Shown: positions 29,897 through 40,853, counted from the stretch's first letter. The stretch: 64,000 bases of DNA from an uncultured Methanomicrobiales archaeon (GCA_963697895.1 OY969100.1:544001-608000); one strand, 5' to 3'. Notes: a model not told the origin generated them from the letters alone. Program-made: numbers and translations.

Positions 29897-31256
29897 ATGC
29901 ACGATCGCCCGGCTGCAGAGCGTATCTTGGATTTTGAAGAGGTCGATCCGGGACTATCCGCCGATGAGGCAATAATGGAGGCGGAACGGTGTCTCCAGTG
30001 CAAGAAACCGGGATGCGTGACGGGGTGCCCGGTGGGTATCGATATCCCGGGATTTATCTCATCAGTGGCGGAGGGGGATTTCCGCCGGGCAGCGGGAATT
30101 ATCAAGGAGGAGAACCTGCTGCCCGCCGTATGCGGACGGGTATGCCCGCAGGAGAGCCAGTGCGAGGGCGAGTGTATCCTCGGAGTGAAGGAAGTTCCTC
30201 TCCGGATCGGCGCACTCGAGCGTTTCGTTGCCGATCGGGAGCGGGAGGAAGGCCTCATCATCCCCGAAACGGCCCCGCCAACGGGAAAACGGGTCGCTGT
30301 AGTCGGTTCGGGGCCTGCGGGACTGACCGCTGCGGCAGAGCTCTCCCGGATGGGTCACCAGGTAACCCTTTTTGAATCGCTGCACGAGCCAGGAGGGGTT
30401 CTTGTGTATGGAATTCCCGCATTCAGGTTACCCAAAGATATCGTCCGGGCGGAGATCGAACAGCTCCATGCCATGGGAGTCACCCTGAAACTCAATCACC
30501 TGGTCGGGAACAGCGTCACGCTGGACGAGATCAAGCGGTTCGAAGCGGTGTTCCTCGGTACGGGCGCGGGCCTCCCGTATTTCATGGAGATCGAAGGAGA
30601 AGATCTTTCCGGGGTATATTCGGCAAACGAATTTCTGACCCGCGTAAACCTGATGCATGCCGAACGGTTCCCCCGGTACGATACTCCTGTCAGGCATGCG
30701 AGTCGTGTGGTTGTTGCAGGAGGAGGGAACGTAGCGATGGATGCAGCACGGGTTGCGCGACGTCTCGGTGCAAAAGTCACGCTGGTGTACCGGAGAAGGG
30801 AAGAGGATCTACCGGCCCGCAGGGCGGAAGTCGTGCATGCCCGGGAGGAAGGGGTGGAATTTGTTCTGTGTGCCGCTCCGGTCCGCGTGATCGGAGACCA
30901 GTGGGTCACCGGTGTTGAATGCATCCGGACCGAGATGTGCGACCTGGACGCAAGCGGGAGGCCGGAGCCGGTGGCGGTCGATGGCAGACTCCTTCATTAT
31001 CGATGCCGACCTGTTCATCGAGGCTATAGGTCAGGGGCCGAACCCGCTCCTCATACGGAAGATCGATGGAATAACACAGGGAAAGCGGGGAAACGTGATC
31101 GTCGATGAGGAAGGGCAGACATCGATGAGCCGGTTCTTTGCTGCCGGAGATGTTGCAACGGGAGCAGCAACGGTCATCCTTGCGATGGGAGGGGCGAAAC
31201 GTGCAGCCCACGCCATCGACCGGATGCTCCGCGGGGTCGACCGGTGCGGCGATTAG
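29897..31256 (+). CDS. NfnB/SudA-like (GltD-homologous) flavo-Fe-S subunit; apparent frameshift at ~30986
   Basis: RCLQC...CVTGCP, CGRVCPQE, GSGPAGL and GGGNVAMD motifs; the C-terminus (IEAIGQ, AAGDVATGAATVILAMG) lies in the +1 frame. Confidence 0.88.
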
Positions 31257-32443
31257 CCCGTATCCTCAGATTCCACAGGACAATATGCCTGCATCACTCC
31301 CCGGTATACCTCGCACGCCTTGTGCAGTTGTTCGATCGCGACCCGTTCGTCGACTGCATGGAGCAGGGTAATCTCCCCGGGACCATACTCTATCACCGGG
31401 TATCCTTCTTTTCTGAGATACCGGGCATCACTTGCGGCCCACTGGACGACAGGTTCTGCGTTCGCGCCGTAGACCTGTGAGATCTCCCGGCATACGGTCC
31501 TGACAAGGGGGTTATCCGGCGGTGTGAGGGAGGGCTCGGACAGACTCCGGATCCTCGCGCTCGCGTTCGGTGAATGGACGATGATATCATCGATCAGCTC
31601 AGGGATTGAGCAGCCCCAGGGGATCCGGAGGTCGAGTTCCAGGTCGCAATGCTGGGCAACGATGTTTGCCTTTTCGCCCCCCTCGATCCGGCCCGGGTTG
31701 TACATGATACGCCGCAGGATATCCCCGGCACCGGAGATGCCCAGAACCTCCCCGATGACTGCCGAGGACGCTTCGATGAGTGCCCCCTGTTTCCCCCCCG
31801 GATCATAAACCCGCTGGTGCAGGGTTTTTAAATACTCAAGCGTGGAGTACGCCTCCATCACCGCGCTCACTCCCCGGATCGGATACAGCGAACCGTGACC
31901 GGGAACCCCGCGGAACTGGAGATCCAACCGGCAGAGGCCCTTCTGACCGATATTTGGATGAAGCGCGGGAGTGGGCTCGGCAATGATGCAGTCGCACGGC
32001 CTGATAAGACCCCGTGAGAGGAGACACTGGATGCCATTGGTACCACTCGTCTCCTCATCACAGACAAATGCGAATCCGGCGTCCGGTTCTTCTCCCGTGT
32101 CCAGCAGGGATCGATATGCCGTAAGGAAAGCCGCACATCCCCCTTTCATGTCGGTGGAACCCCGTCCCCATACATATCCGTCGTGAATTGTTCCTGAAAA
32201 TGGAGGGAATTTCCACCCGTCGGTCATTGCCGGCACCACGTCGACATGGCCGCAGAGGAGGAGCCGGTATCCCTTTTCGGCACTTACCAGATTACACCTG
32301 CCGCCGTGATTGGCGATGATCATCGTCCGGACCCCGAGGCCGTCGAGATATCCCATGATGAAATGGATGATCTCTTCCGTGTTACCGGGGGGGTTTTCAC
32401 TCCGGATTCGCACCATTTCTGCGCAGAGGCGGTCGACATCCAT
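31253..32443 (-). CDS. M20 metallopeptidase (ArgE/DapE family)
   Basis: GHVDVVP, GRGSTDMKGG, DEE, AEP and HAVDE motifs. Confidence 0.92.
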   Translation of the reverse strand: MDVDRLCAEMVRIRSENPPGNTEEIIHFIMGYLDGLGVRTMIIANHGGRCNLVSAEKGYRLLLCGHVDVVPAMTDGWKFPPFSGTIHDGYVWGRGSTDMKGGCAAFLTAYRSLLDTGEEPDAGFAFVCDEETSGTNGIQCLLSRGLIRPCDCIIAEPTPALHPNIGQKGLCRLDLQFRGVPGHGSLYPIRGVSAVMEAYSTLEYLKTLHQRVYDPGGKQGALIEASSAVIGEVLGISGAGDILRRIMYNPGRIEGGEKANIVAQHCDLELDLRIPWGCSIPELIDDIIVHSPNASARIRSLSEPSLTPPDNPLVRTVCREISQVYGANAEPVVQWAASDARYLRKEGYPVIEYGPGEITLLHAVDERVAIEQLHKACEVYRGVMQAYCPVESEDTG

Positions 32444-32455
32444 CGTTTTTGGCTC

Positions 32456-32965
32456 CTAGGAAGTCTTCGATGAGAGATACTCGTGGAATTTCAGGGAAAG
32501 CGATGCATCCCCATAGAGGCTCTTCAGGAACTCCTGATCAAAGAAATCCTCGATCATCCGGTAAAATATGGCCGGAGGGATAGGCTGGTTGCTTTCCGGA
32601 TCGAGGACGATCCGGAAGCTCCGGTATTCCGCGGGATCTTCCCTGTCATAGACCCGTCTCCAGAGGAGAGGAAGTTTTCCAAACGTATCCGGATACCTGC
32701 CCTTCAGCCAGGGAATAAAGGCCGGGAAGTGAACCCTCGCTCCCTTCTTCTCCTCATCGATCCGCCACCGGAGATATTCCCCGGCGAGAATTGTCTTCGG
32801 GGACTGGTAACTGTAGGACATTACCCCCAGGGTATAGTCGATGTGTGCAAGTGCATCGATATAATAAAAATAGAGAACCGGGTGGAAGAGCGAGGTATCA
32901 TGGAGGACGAGAGACTTCTCGTACAGGTGGGAGAGGATATGCTGGTATTCGCTACTGCCATTCAT
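32456..32965 (-). CDS. Hypothetical protein
   Basis: 169-aa aromatic-rich ORF with a GGAGGG SD, directly upstream of and co-oriented with the M20 gene. Confidence 0.7.
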   Translation of the reverse strand: MNGSSEYQHILSHLYEKSLVLHDTSLFHPVLYFYYIDALAHIDYTLGVMSYSYQSPKTILAGEYLRWRIDEEKKGARVHFPAFIPWLKGRYPDTFGKLPLLWRRVYDREDPAEYRSFRIVLDPESNQPIPPAIFYRMIEDFFDQEFLKSLYGDASLSLKFHEYLSSKTS

Positions 32966-33045
32966 GCCCTCCTATACGCGAACGATAGGTAAAATGATTA
33001 TGATACCGGATATCCGGGTCGTCCCCGGGTTAAACCGGCCTTTTA

Positions 33046-33930
33046 TTATTCATGGAAATAGGGTCTCCGCCGGGAAATTGCTTCCCGGAAACATGCCTCG
33101 AGTCTCCGGTCCCCGCTTTCCACGGACATCCACATGATTATCCGACCGGAGGAGGCAGGGTTTCAGTTTTCCATCCGACGTGACCCGGAGCCGGTTGCAA
33201 TATGCGCAGAATTCCGTGTTATGAAGCGGCCGGACAACCTCTACCTCAGCGCCGTCCAGACAATATTTTTTCCGGTGGTGCATCCTCCGGGTGATGATCT
33301 GGTTCGATCTTGCCGAAAGTTCATCCTCGAGGGCGTTCAGCTCGCCGTGGTAGTCACATCCGCGAAACTCCATCAGTTCGATCAGCTGAAGGATCAGGTT
33401 CCGGTTCCCCCGGACAAACCGGAGAAACGCATCTATCTCCTGATCATTGATCCCCTTCAGCACAACCATATTCAACTTGATCGGAGTCAGTCCGGCGGTA
33501 AGAGCGGCCTCTATTCCTTCCAGCACATCCCCGAGCCGATCCTGCCCTGTTATCTTCCGGTATGTCTCCGGATTCAGACTGTCCAGGCTGACATTAACCC
33601 GGGAAAGTCCCGCCTCCCGGAGATCGCCACGCACATTCGGAGAGCAGCGTCCCGTTTGTCGTCATCGAGCCTCTCCATGCCGGGGGGTACCGAACGGATG
33701 ATATCGACGAGATCGGATCGTAATGCGGGTTCACCTCCGGTAAATTTTACGCTTCGTATGCCAAATTCAGCACCGATACGCATGATTTCTGCGATATCGG
33801 CAGCGCTGATCAGTCCATCGCCTGCTTCTTCACCTTCCGCATGACAGTATATGCACGAGAGATTGCATGCCGGAGTCAGGCTTATCCGGAGATTACTCAC
33901 CGGTCTGTTATACGGATCCTTCAGAACCAT
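33046..33930 (-). CDS. moaA: GTP 3',8-cyclase MoaA, carrying three apparent single-base insertions (~33670, ~33629, ~33103)
   Basis: LRISLTPACNLSCIYCH, TGGEP, RVNVSLDSL and FCAYCNRLRVTSDGKLKPCL motifs; TTNGTLL lies in an intermediate frame. Confidence 0.9.
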
Positions 33931-34513
33931 AAGCCCGGATGCAGTTTTTTGCAATGATATAGATCTCTGCGCTTCCTTTCCGGGAAGCCCGGCAACGGTA
34001 CGTCCTGACGGAAAAAAAATGCTTTCTCGTCTCGTTGAGAAGTTCTCCAAAATCTTCTCCCTGAAATGACTTTACCACAAAATTCCCGCCGGGTTTAAGC
34101 ATTGTGGACGCAAATGCGAGGGCTTCCATACCGAGTCCGATTGCCCGTGCCTGATCATAACTCCGGTGTCCGGAGAGCCGGGGAGCGGCATCGGAGATGA
34201 TGACATTCACGACGGGAACGGTTGCTCCGACGGATTTCTGGATCTCAGGCTCTGTGAAATCACCTGAAATGGTCAGGACCCCCTCTAACGGCGGAACCGG
34301 CGAGAGATCGATCCCGAGAACTATCCCATCCGTCAGGTTCCGTATCACCTGCAGCCAGCTGCCAGGGGCCGATCCCAGGTCCACAACGTTGTCATTTCGC
34401 CGTATGATCGAATACCTGTCCTGGATCTCCATCAGCTTGATCGCAGCACGGGAACGGTAACCCTCCTTCATTGCCCTGATATAAACACTGTCTTTACTCC
34501 ACCGTGACCCCAT
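33908..34513 (-). CDS. rlmE: 23S rRNA Um2552 methyltransferase (RlmE/FtsJ)
   Basis: YRSRAAIKL, DLGSAPGSW, SDAAP, VKSFQG and AEIY motifs. Confidence 0.94.
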   Translation of the reverse strand: MGSRWSKDSVYIRAMKEGYRSRAAIKLMEIQDRYSIIRRNDNVVDLGSAPGSWLQVIRNLTDGIVLGIDLSPVPPLEGVLTISGDFTEPEIQKSVGATVPVVNVIISDAAPRLSGHRSYDQARAIGLGMEALAFASTMLKPGGNFVVKSFQGEDFGELLNETRKHFFSVRTYRCRASRKGSAEIYIIAKNCIRAYGSEGSV

Positions 34514-34611
34514 ACGATAAATCCCCGTCCGGACTACAGGCTGTAAGTCGAATCAGATATTATTAAAAATATGACGATACAGTTAATTATAGCTGATTAT
34601 AGGGGTGTGAG

Positions 34612-35355
34612 ATGTTAAAAGCAACGATAGATGCAGATATTTTAAAGGAATCCGTCGATGCAATCTCCGCGCTCGTCACGGAGTGCCGGTTGCATACCGA
34701 CGAGAACGGGATCTATACCAGAGCGGTCGACACAGCAAACGTCGCCATGATTGCCGTGAACCTGCAAAAGGAAGCCTTCGATTCCTATGTTGCAACGAAA
34801 GGGGAGATCGGCCTGGATATTGCCAAAATGAAGAACATTTTCGGCATGATCGGGAGAGATCAGCCGCTGAATCTGGAGCTCCCCGACGACGGACAGAAAC
34901 TGAAGGTCAGTTTCGAAGGGTACCGGTATTCGATCACACTCCTTGACGCCAACACCATACGAAAAGAACCCAATCCGCCGAATATCGAACTCCCGGGCAA
35001 AGTGGTCCTCTCCGGCAATGAGCTCAATAATGCAATAAAAGCAGCAGCAGTGGTCTCCGACAAGATCGCGCTCGGCATCGACTCCAAAACCCAGATATTT
35101 TATATGGTTGCCGAGGGGGACACCGATCACATAAGGCGTGAATTTGGGAAAAATGAGATCAAATCCATCAATGGTGTCGAGGCACGCTCCCTCTTCTCCC
35201 TTGACTACCTGAAGGATATGGGGAAAGTGATGAGCAGGGCGGAAGAGGTCGAACTCAGCCTCGGAACCGATCATCCGGCAAAATTCTCCTTTGCAATCGC
35301 GGGAGGGAAGGGGCATGTCGAATACCTTCTCGCCCCCCGGATCGAGGCTGATTGA
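34612..35355 (+). CDS. pcn: DNA polymerase sliding clamp PCNA
   Basis: AVDTANVAM, SLFSLDYL and C-terminal YLLAPRIE. Confidence 0.96.
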   Translation: MLKATIDADILKESVDAISALVTECRLHTDENGIYTRAVDTANVAMIAVNLQKEAFDSYVATKGEIGLDIAKMKNIFGMIGRDQPLNLELPDDGQKLKVSFEGYRYSITLLDANTIRKEPNPPNIELPGKVVLSGNELNNAIKAAAVVSDKIALGIDSKTQIFYMVAEGDTDHIRREFGKNEIKSINGVEARSLFSLDYLKDMGKVMSRAEEVELSLGTDHPAKFSFAIAGGKGHVEYLLAPRIEAD

Positions 35356-36377
35356 TGCGGGTTCAGCTCGACCTGCACGATCTTGTAAAATATCCTTTTT
35401 TAAAAGAATCCCAGTCATTCGTGGCGGATACGACGGGGTCACTCGAACAATTTCTCGGGACGCATACCGGGAAGATAGCGCTGAACCATGCAGTCACCCG
35501 GGTTGACCAGGCCATTCACCCCCAGAGAAGGAATGCAAGAGAGATTGCCGATTCCTCTATGACAGACAAATTCGGGGTGAAACTAGCGGTGACGAGTTAC
35601 GCGCTTGCACGCGTGCTCGTCTCCTGTATCCGGGATCGCGCCATGATCGACCGGCTCTGCCGTTACGAGGCACAACGGGCATTTGATCTCCTGAGTGAGG
35701 AAGATCCGGAGAAGAAGGAATATGTCGCAGAGAGTATGGGGATGACGACGGAGAAAGAAATCCCCCTGGTCGCGTATATCGAGCTGGTTGCCGGAATGCG
35801 CGAGGACAGGTGGCGGCTGGTAAACCGGACTCTCGTATCGGGGAAGGTGATCGTCCGCCCTGAAGAAGGCGATGAACTTCTCCGGGAGCGGATTCGTCTG
35901 GTCCTGCATCGCCAGCTTCCCCTGGTGATACCGGAGAATATCTGCACCCTGCTTTCTCCTGCCACCGATCGGATCCGTCAGGTCTACCAGCAACAGATGA
36001 TGGAGCAGTTCGGTGCCGTCGACGAGGCCCGTTTTCCGCCCTGTATGCAGGCCCTGATCACCGCAATCACGTCCGGGATGAACATAAGTCACGCGGGACG
36101 ATTTTCTCTTACGGCATTTCTCCACAACATCGGAATGGATTCAACGCAGATTGTGGAACTATTCTGCCGCGCTCCTGATTTCGATGTCGCAAAAACACTC
36201 TACCAGGTTGAGCACATCTCGGGGAGAGGGGGGACAGAGTATACCGCTCCGTCATGTGCGGCGATGCGAACGACGGGGCTCTGTGTCAGGCGCGATGCGC
36301 TGTGCGAGCGGATCGGGCACCCTTTGAGTTACTATAAAGGGAAAAAAAAGCAGGAAAAAGAAAACATCCTTACGTAA
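35355..36377 (+). CDS. priL: DNA primase large subunit
   Basis: KYPFL, WRLVNR, FPPCM, YQVEHI and YTAPSC...C...C...HPLSYY Fe-S domain. Confidence 0.93.
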   Translation: MRVQLDLHDLVKYPFLKESQSFVADTTGSLEQFLGTHTGKIALNHAVTRVDQAIHPQRRNAREIADSSMTDKFGVKLAVTSYALARVLVSCIRDRAMIDRLCRYEAQRAFDLLSEEDPEKKEYVAESMGMTTEKEIPLVAYIELVAGMREDRWRLVNRTLVSGKVIVRPEEGDELLRERIRLVLHRQLPLVIPENICTLLSPATDRIRQVYQQQMMEQFGAVDEARFPPCMQALITAITSGMNISHAGRFSLTAFLHNIGMDSTQIVELFCRAPDFDVAKTLYQVEHISGRGGTEYTAPSCAAMRTTGLCVRRDALCERIGHPLSYYKGKKKQEKENILT

Positions 36378-36546
36378 TTTTGCCGGTGATCCTGAACCCC
36401 GCTACACTCATGATCATGATAAACCCGATGAGTGCGATGAGATACGCAATTCCCGGGTTCATCAGAAGGGGCAGGGTGATGAGCAGGATGACGAATACAA
36501 GGAAGCTTCCGATTGCCAGGACTATGTCGAGTGCCCGTGCGTTCAT
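36370..36546 (-). CDS. Small two-TM membrane protein (58 aa, absent from the ORF track)
   Basis: Manual translation MNARALDIVLAIGSFLVFVILLITLPLLMNPGIAYLIALIGFIMIMSVAGFRITGKIT. Confidence 0.7.
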   Translation of the reverse strand: MNARALDIVLAIGSFLVFVILLITLPLLMNPGIAYLIALIGFIMIMSVAGFRITGKIT

Positions 36547-36625
36547 GCCCTGAATATATGCAACCGATCCTATATGGTACTATCCTCCACAGCCATTTTA
36601 TAGAAGAGCACCCGACCGTACGCGT

Positions 36626-37171
36626 ATGACCGCAGAGGAGCGCGAGCAGGTGCTGCACCAGCTGGGAGAAGCGGTCTCCCTGCTCATTGGTGGTATGCAT
36701 CCCTGTCTTATCCCTGAAGTCGGTTCCAATATCGTGTATGCGATCAGGGGGGCCCGCGATCCCAGGGATGTTGCCGCAGTAGCCGGCCGGATCGTGAAAC
36801 TGCAGGGGAAGCCCCACCCGGTCGGTCCGGTTGCTTTCGGTGCGAGCGACCATGTTGCGCGGGTCGTACTTACGGCGATGAAATGCGACCCGACCATCAG
36901 AAGTGCGGCAAACGTCCGTTATCACCCGTCAGTCATCAGAATCATCGAAGATCTTTTTTTTGACGTCCGTTCATTCGACCGCGGGAAGGAACCGCCGGGG
37001 ATCGCCACGATGGACTGGGGTGTGGCCTTCTGTTGTAAGGATGGCGTTCCAGATATCATCTTTGATCGCGGAGCGGTCGGGAAGGAGGCAATGATCCGTT
37101 TCCTCGGGGAGAACCCATCCGATGTGGCGAATAATATTATTAAGGTATCAACACGCATAATTCTAGAATAA
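36626..37171 (+). CDS. thiN: Thiamine-phosphate synthase ThiN-domain protein
   Basis: LIPEVGSNI, GRI, FGASDHVAR and PDIIFDRGAVGKE motifs. Confidence 0.88.
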   Translation: MTAEEREQVLHQLGEAVSLLIGGMHPCLIPEVGSNIVYAIRGARDPRDVAAVAGRIVKLQGKPHPVGPVAFGASDHVARVVLTAMKCDPTIRSAANVRYHPSVIRIIEDLFFDVRSFDRGKEPPGIATMDWGVAFCCKDGVPDIIFDRGAVGKEAMIRFLGENPSDVANNIIKVSTRIILE

Positions 37172-37187
37172 CCTGAGGAATATCTGC

Positions 37188-37379
37188 ATGGGAATTAAAC
37201 CTTCATACATCAAAACCATCGGCCTCGAGCTCATCGGAAGCTACGGCCACCGGTTTTCCCGCAACTTCGATGAGAACAAACTCGTCGTATCGGAAGTCAC
37301 GACGATAGAGAGTAAACGGGTACGAAACCGGGTTGCCGGATTTGTTACAAGAAAGATAAATACCGGAAGACATTCATAA
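37188..37379 (+). CDS. rps17e: 30S ribosomal protein S17e
   Basis: FDENK and SKRVRNRVAGFVT motifs. Confidence 0.95.
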   Translation: MGIKPSYIKTIGLELIGSYGHRFSRNFDENKLVVSEVTTIESKRVRNRVAGFVTRKINTGRHS

Positions 37380-37387
37380 TCCTTCAT

Positions 37388-38263
37388 ATGTTCGAGGGAG
37401 TTCTTCCGGCAATCATCACTCCTTTTTTAAGGAATCCGTCCATTGACCTGGATGAAGACGGTCTGCGGGACAACATTGAATTCCTGGTCGGCCAGGGGGT
37501 CCATGGCATTGTACCCTGCGGTTCGACCGGGGAATCTGCGACACTGAGTTTCGAGGAACATGACCGGGTCATCGAGATTACCCTCGATGCGGTGAATGGA
37601 ACGGTGCCGGTCGTGGCTGGCACCGGTTCCAATAATACCGCCGAGGCGATCCGCCTGACGAAGGTTGCACGGGACCTTGGAGCCGACGGCGTCCTGGTTA
37701 TCAGCCCGTACTACAATAAACCGAACCGATCCGGCCTCATAAAGCATTACACAAAACTTGCTGATCTCGATATCCCGGTGATCATGTATAATGTTCCCGG
37801 GCGGACCGGCCAGAACCTCGATCCCGATCTTGTCGCGGAACTCGCGAAACACCCAGGTATCGTCGGTATTAAAGAAGCAAGCGGGAATATCAGCCAGATC
37901 TCACAGATCATTGAAATGACACTGGATGAAGACTTCCAGGTGATCTCGGGAGATGACAATATGACGCTTCCCATCATGGCACTCGGCGGGAGCGGGGTGA
38001 TCTCGGTTGCGGCCAATGTAGAACCTGCGAGAATGGTTGCGATGTTCGACAGTTTCTGTGACGCTGACCTTGAGACTGCCCTCGATCTTCATTTCGAGCT
38101 CTCCCCCCTGTTCCGCGCGATGTTCATCGATACGAACCCGATCCCGGTAAAGAAAGCGGTGGAAATCCGGGGGATGGCGGCAGGACCGGTCCGCCTCCCT
38201 CTCGACGAACTGGATGCAGCGAGGACCACAAAGCTTCGCGAGGTGCTTGCCTGCTATGATTAA
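37388..38263 (+). CDS. dapA: 4-hydroxy-tetrahydrodipicolinate synthase
   Basis: GSTGES, SPYYNKP, YNVPGRT, GIKEASG and NPIPVK motifs. Confidence 0.96.
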   Translation: MFEGVLPAIITPFLRNPSIDLDEDGLRDNIEFLVGQGVHGIVPCGSTGESATLSFEEHDRVIEITLDAVNGTVPVVAGTGSNNTAEAIRLTKVARDLGADGVLVISPYYNKPNRSGLIKHYTKLADLDIPVIMYNVPGRTGQNLDPDLVAELAKHPGIVGIKEASGNISQISQIIEMTLDEDFQVISGDDNMTLPIMALGGSGVISVAANVEPARMVAMFDSFCDADLETALDLHFELSPLFRAMFIDTNPIPVKKAVEIRGMAAGPVRLPLDELDAARTTKLREVLACYD

Positions 38264-39023
38264 CGTCGTCGTATGCGGCGCATTGGGGCGAATGGGAATG
38301 ACTATCGGGAGGATGGTGAACGAATCATCCGATCTTGCGCTTGTTGGGGGAGTCGACCTGAAGCCGGGCACATTCTTCGGGGTCGAGGTCGTGGAATCTT
38401 CACGAATCGATGACCTTCTTGCATCAAAAAAACCGGATATTATGATAGATTTTACCATCGCATCCGCAGCGGTCGAAAATATAAAGGCAGCCGCGCGAAA
38501 CAAGGCAGCCCTGGTGGTCGGTACAACCGGTTTCTCCCCGGAACAGAGAAAAGAGATAGATGCGGCGATCATTGGACAGGTACCCGCTGTCATATCGAGC
38601 AATTTCTCGATCGGGGTCAACATCTTCTGGCAACTCATCCGGGAAGCAGGGCGCCTGTTATCCGATTATGACATCGAGGTTCTCGAAGCCCATCACCGAT
38701 ACAAAAAGGATTCTCCGAGCGGTACGGCGAAGACCATTCTCCAGATCCTGGACGAAGAAGTCGGAGTACGCGAGAAAAAATATGGGCGCGAGGGGATGAT
38801 GGAACGCGGGAAAGAGATCGGTGTTCATGTCATTCGCGGGGGAGATATCGTCGGGGATCACGCTGTCCTGTTCTCGGGCAACTTCGAGACCATTCAGCTC
38901 TCGCATCGGGCATACGACCGCTCGGTCTTCGCACAGGGTGCCTTGAGGGCATGTCGGTTTGTCGTGGGACAAAAACCCGGGGTCTACGGGATGTCCGATG
39001 TGCTGCATCTCTCCCGGAAATAG
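38256..39023 (+). CDS. dapB: 4-hydroxy-tetrahydrodipicolinate reductase
   Basis: GALGRMG, GTTG, EAHHRYKKDSPSGTA and RGGDIVGDH motifs. Confidence 0.96.
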   Translation: MINVVVCGALGRMGMTIGRMVNESSDLALVGGVDLKPGTFFGVEVVESSRIDDLLASKKPDIMIDFTIASAAVENIKAAARNKAALVVGTTGFSPEQRKEIDAAIIGQVPAVISSNFSIGVNIFWQLIREAGRLLSDYDIEVLEAHHRYKKDSPSGTAKTILQILDEEVGVREKKYGREGMMERGKEIGVHVIRGGDIVGDHAVLFSGNFETIQLSHRAYDRSVFAQGALRACRFVVGQKPGVYGMSDVLHLSRK

Positions 39024-39092
39024 TCTTTGAAACAAGGCACAATGGAAACCTATTTTTATTTTTTTCGCATATTTACTAGGTGAAGTGATCAC

Positions 39093-39266
39093 ATGGTTGC
39101 AGTTATTGACAAAGAGAAGTGTACAGGGTGCGAAACATGTGTTGATGAATGTCCGGCCGTTGCGATCTGCATCGAAAAAGAAAAAGCACAGGTTGACAAG
39201 GATATTTGTGTCGATTGCGGTTCGTGCGTGGATATATGTCCCTCGGAAGCGATCTCCCTGGAATAA
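39093..39266 (+). CDS. 2[4Fe-4S] ferredoxin (57 aa, absent from the ORF track)
   Basis: MVAVIDKEKCTGCETCVDECP...CVDCGSCVDICPSEAISLE contains two CxxCxxCxxxCP motifs. Confidence 0.93.
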   Translation: MVAVIDKEKCTGCETCVDECPAVAICIEKEKAQVDKDICVDCGSCVDICPSEAISLE

Positions 39267-39312
39267 GAATCCAACGCTTTAATTACTCAGATGATATCAG
39301 CTATTTTTGATT

Positions 39313-40329
39313 ATGATTAATGTTGGAGTCCTCGGCGCGACGGGTGCAGTGGGACAACGGTTCGTGCAACTTCTGTCCGATCACCCCTGGTTCAAACTCA
39401 CGACACTCACCGCTTCTGACCGGAGTGCGGGAAAACCATATGGTGATGTGGTAAACTGGCGTCTTGACGTGCCGTTTCCTGAAACGACCGCCCGGATAAA
39501 AGTCAGCCCAACCGCGATCGAAAATCTGAAGGACGTTGATCTCGTGTTTTCCGCGCTTCCAGCCGAGATTGCGGGGGAGATCGAAACCTCTTGTGCTGAT
39601 TTCGGGATCGGGGTTTGCAGCAATGCCAGTTCCCACCGTATGAAACATAACATTCCTCTCGTGATACCGGAGGTGAACCCCGATCACCTTGGCCTGATCG
39701 ATATCCAGCGTGATAAAGGAAGGGACGGGTTCATCGTTACCAATCCGAATTGTTCCACCATCATGTTGTGCATGTCCCTCGCTCCCTTCCGTGCCTACCC
39801 ATTCTCCGATCTCAGGGTGGCGACCATGCAGGCGATCTCCGGCGCAGGGTTCCAGGGGGTTCCGGCGATGGCGATCTATGATAACGTCATTCCCTATATT
39901 GGATCCGAGGAGCAGAAGATGGAGACAGAGACCCTGAAGATCATGGGCACGCTTGATGGGGCCAGTATCACCGATGCTTCATTTACGGTGAGCGCGAGCT
40001 GCCACCGGGTACCGGTACTGGATGGTCATACCCTGGCGGTCTGGGTGGATGCGAAGGCGTCCCTGGACGAGATGAAATCCGCGTTTAAAGGCTACCGGCC
40101 ACCAATAAAAGACCTGCCAAGTCAACCGGAGAAATCGGTTGAATATCTTGCGGACCAGGATCGGCCGCAGCCCCGTCTTGACCGACTCCGTGGAAAGGGT
40201 ATGACCGTCTCGATCGGACGACTCCGGGAGGGGTTCCGTTATATTGCCATGGGACATAATACCATACGGGGAGCGGCGGGGGCTTCCGTGCTGAATGCCG
40301 AGCTGATCTATTCAAAGAAGTATCTTTGA
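39313..40329 (+). CDS. asd: Aspartate-semialdehyde dehydrogenase
   Basis: GATGAVG, TNPNCST, QAISGAG and HNTIRGAAG motifs. Confidence 0.96.
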   Translation: MINVGVLGATGAVGQRFVQLLSDHPWFKLTTLTASDRSAGKPYGDVVNWRLDVPFPETTARIKVSPTAIENLKDVDLVFSALPAEIAGEIETSCADFGIGVCSNASSHRMKHNIPLVIPEVNPDHLGLIDIQRDKGRDGFIVTNPNCSTIMLCMSLAPFRAYPFSDLRVATMQAISGAGFQGVPAMAIYDNVIPYIGSEEQKMETETLKIMGTLDGASITDASFTVSASCHRVPVLDGHTLAVWVDAKASLDEMKSAFKGYRPPIKDLPSQPEKSVEYLADQDRPQPRLDRLRGKGMTVSIGRLREGFRYIAMGHNTIRGAAGASVLNAELIYSKKYL

Positions 40330-40339
40330 GGGGTGCATC

Positions 40340-40618
40340 ATGCTGAAAGACAACACAGTATTCGTGGGAAACAAACCAGTCATGAACTATGTTCTCGCAG
40401 TCGTTACTCAATTCAATAATGGAGCGTCGGAAGTTGCAATTAAGGCTCGTGGTAAGGCGATCTCAAGGGCAGTAGACACAGCCGAGATAGCGCTGAACAG
40501 GTTCCTTGACGGAGTCAGTAAAAAAGAGATCATGACCTCGACGGAAGTAATCGATACTGACAGCGGGAAGACGAATGTTTCGAGCATCGAGATCGTTCTC
40601 ACCAATCTAAAGGAATGA
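40340..40618 (+). CDS. albA: DNA/RNA-binding protein Alba
   Basis: [23 protein letters not shown] and NVSSIEI motifs. Confidence 0.96.
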   Translation: MLKDNTVFVGNKPVMNYVLAVVTQFNNGASEVAIKARGKAISRAVDTAEIALNRFLDGVSKKEIMTSTEVIDTDSGKTNVSSIEIVLTNLKE

Positions 40619-40853
40619 ATCGGGTAAAACCGTATCGGGTCTTCGTTTATCTCTACGTGTAGAACCGGAAGTACCGTGGGAATTGAATTTACCTGTACAG
40701 AATTTTTTTGAGCGTGCCTTCCTGAACAACTCCGAAACTCCCTGTCTGGGGATCGATTATTTTATGCCGGAACCGCGTAGTTCGATGATCGGCATGCGTG
40801 GTTAATTGTATAACCAGAAAGGATATATCGGAATGCCTCAGATCCTAAAGTAG

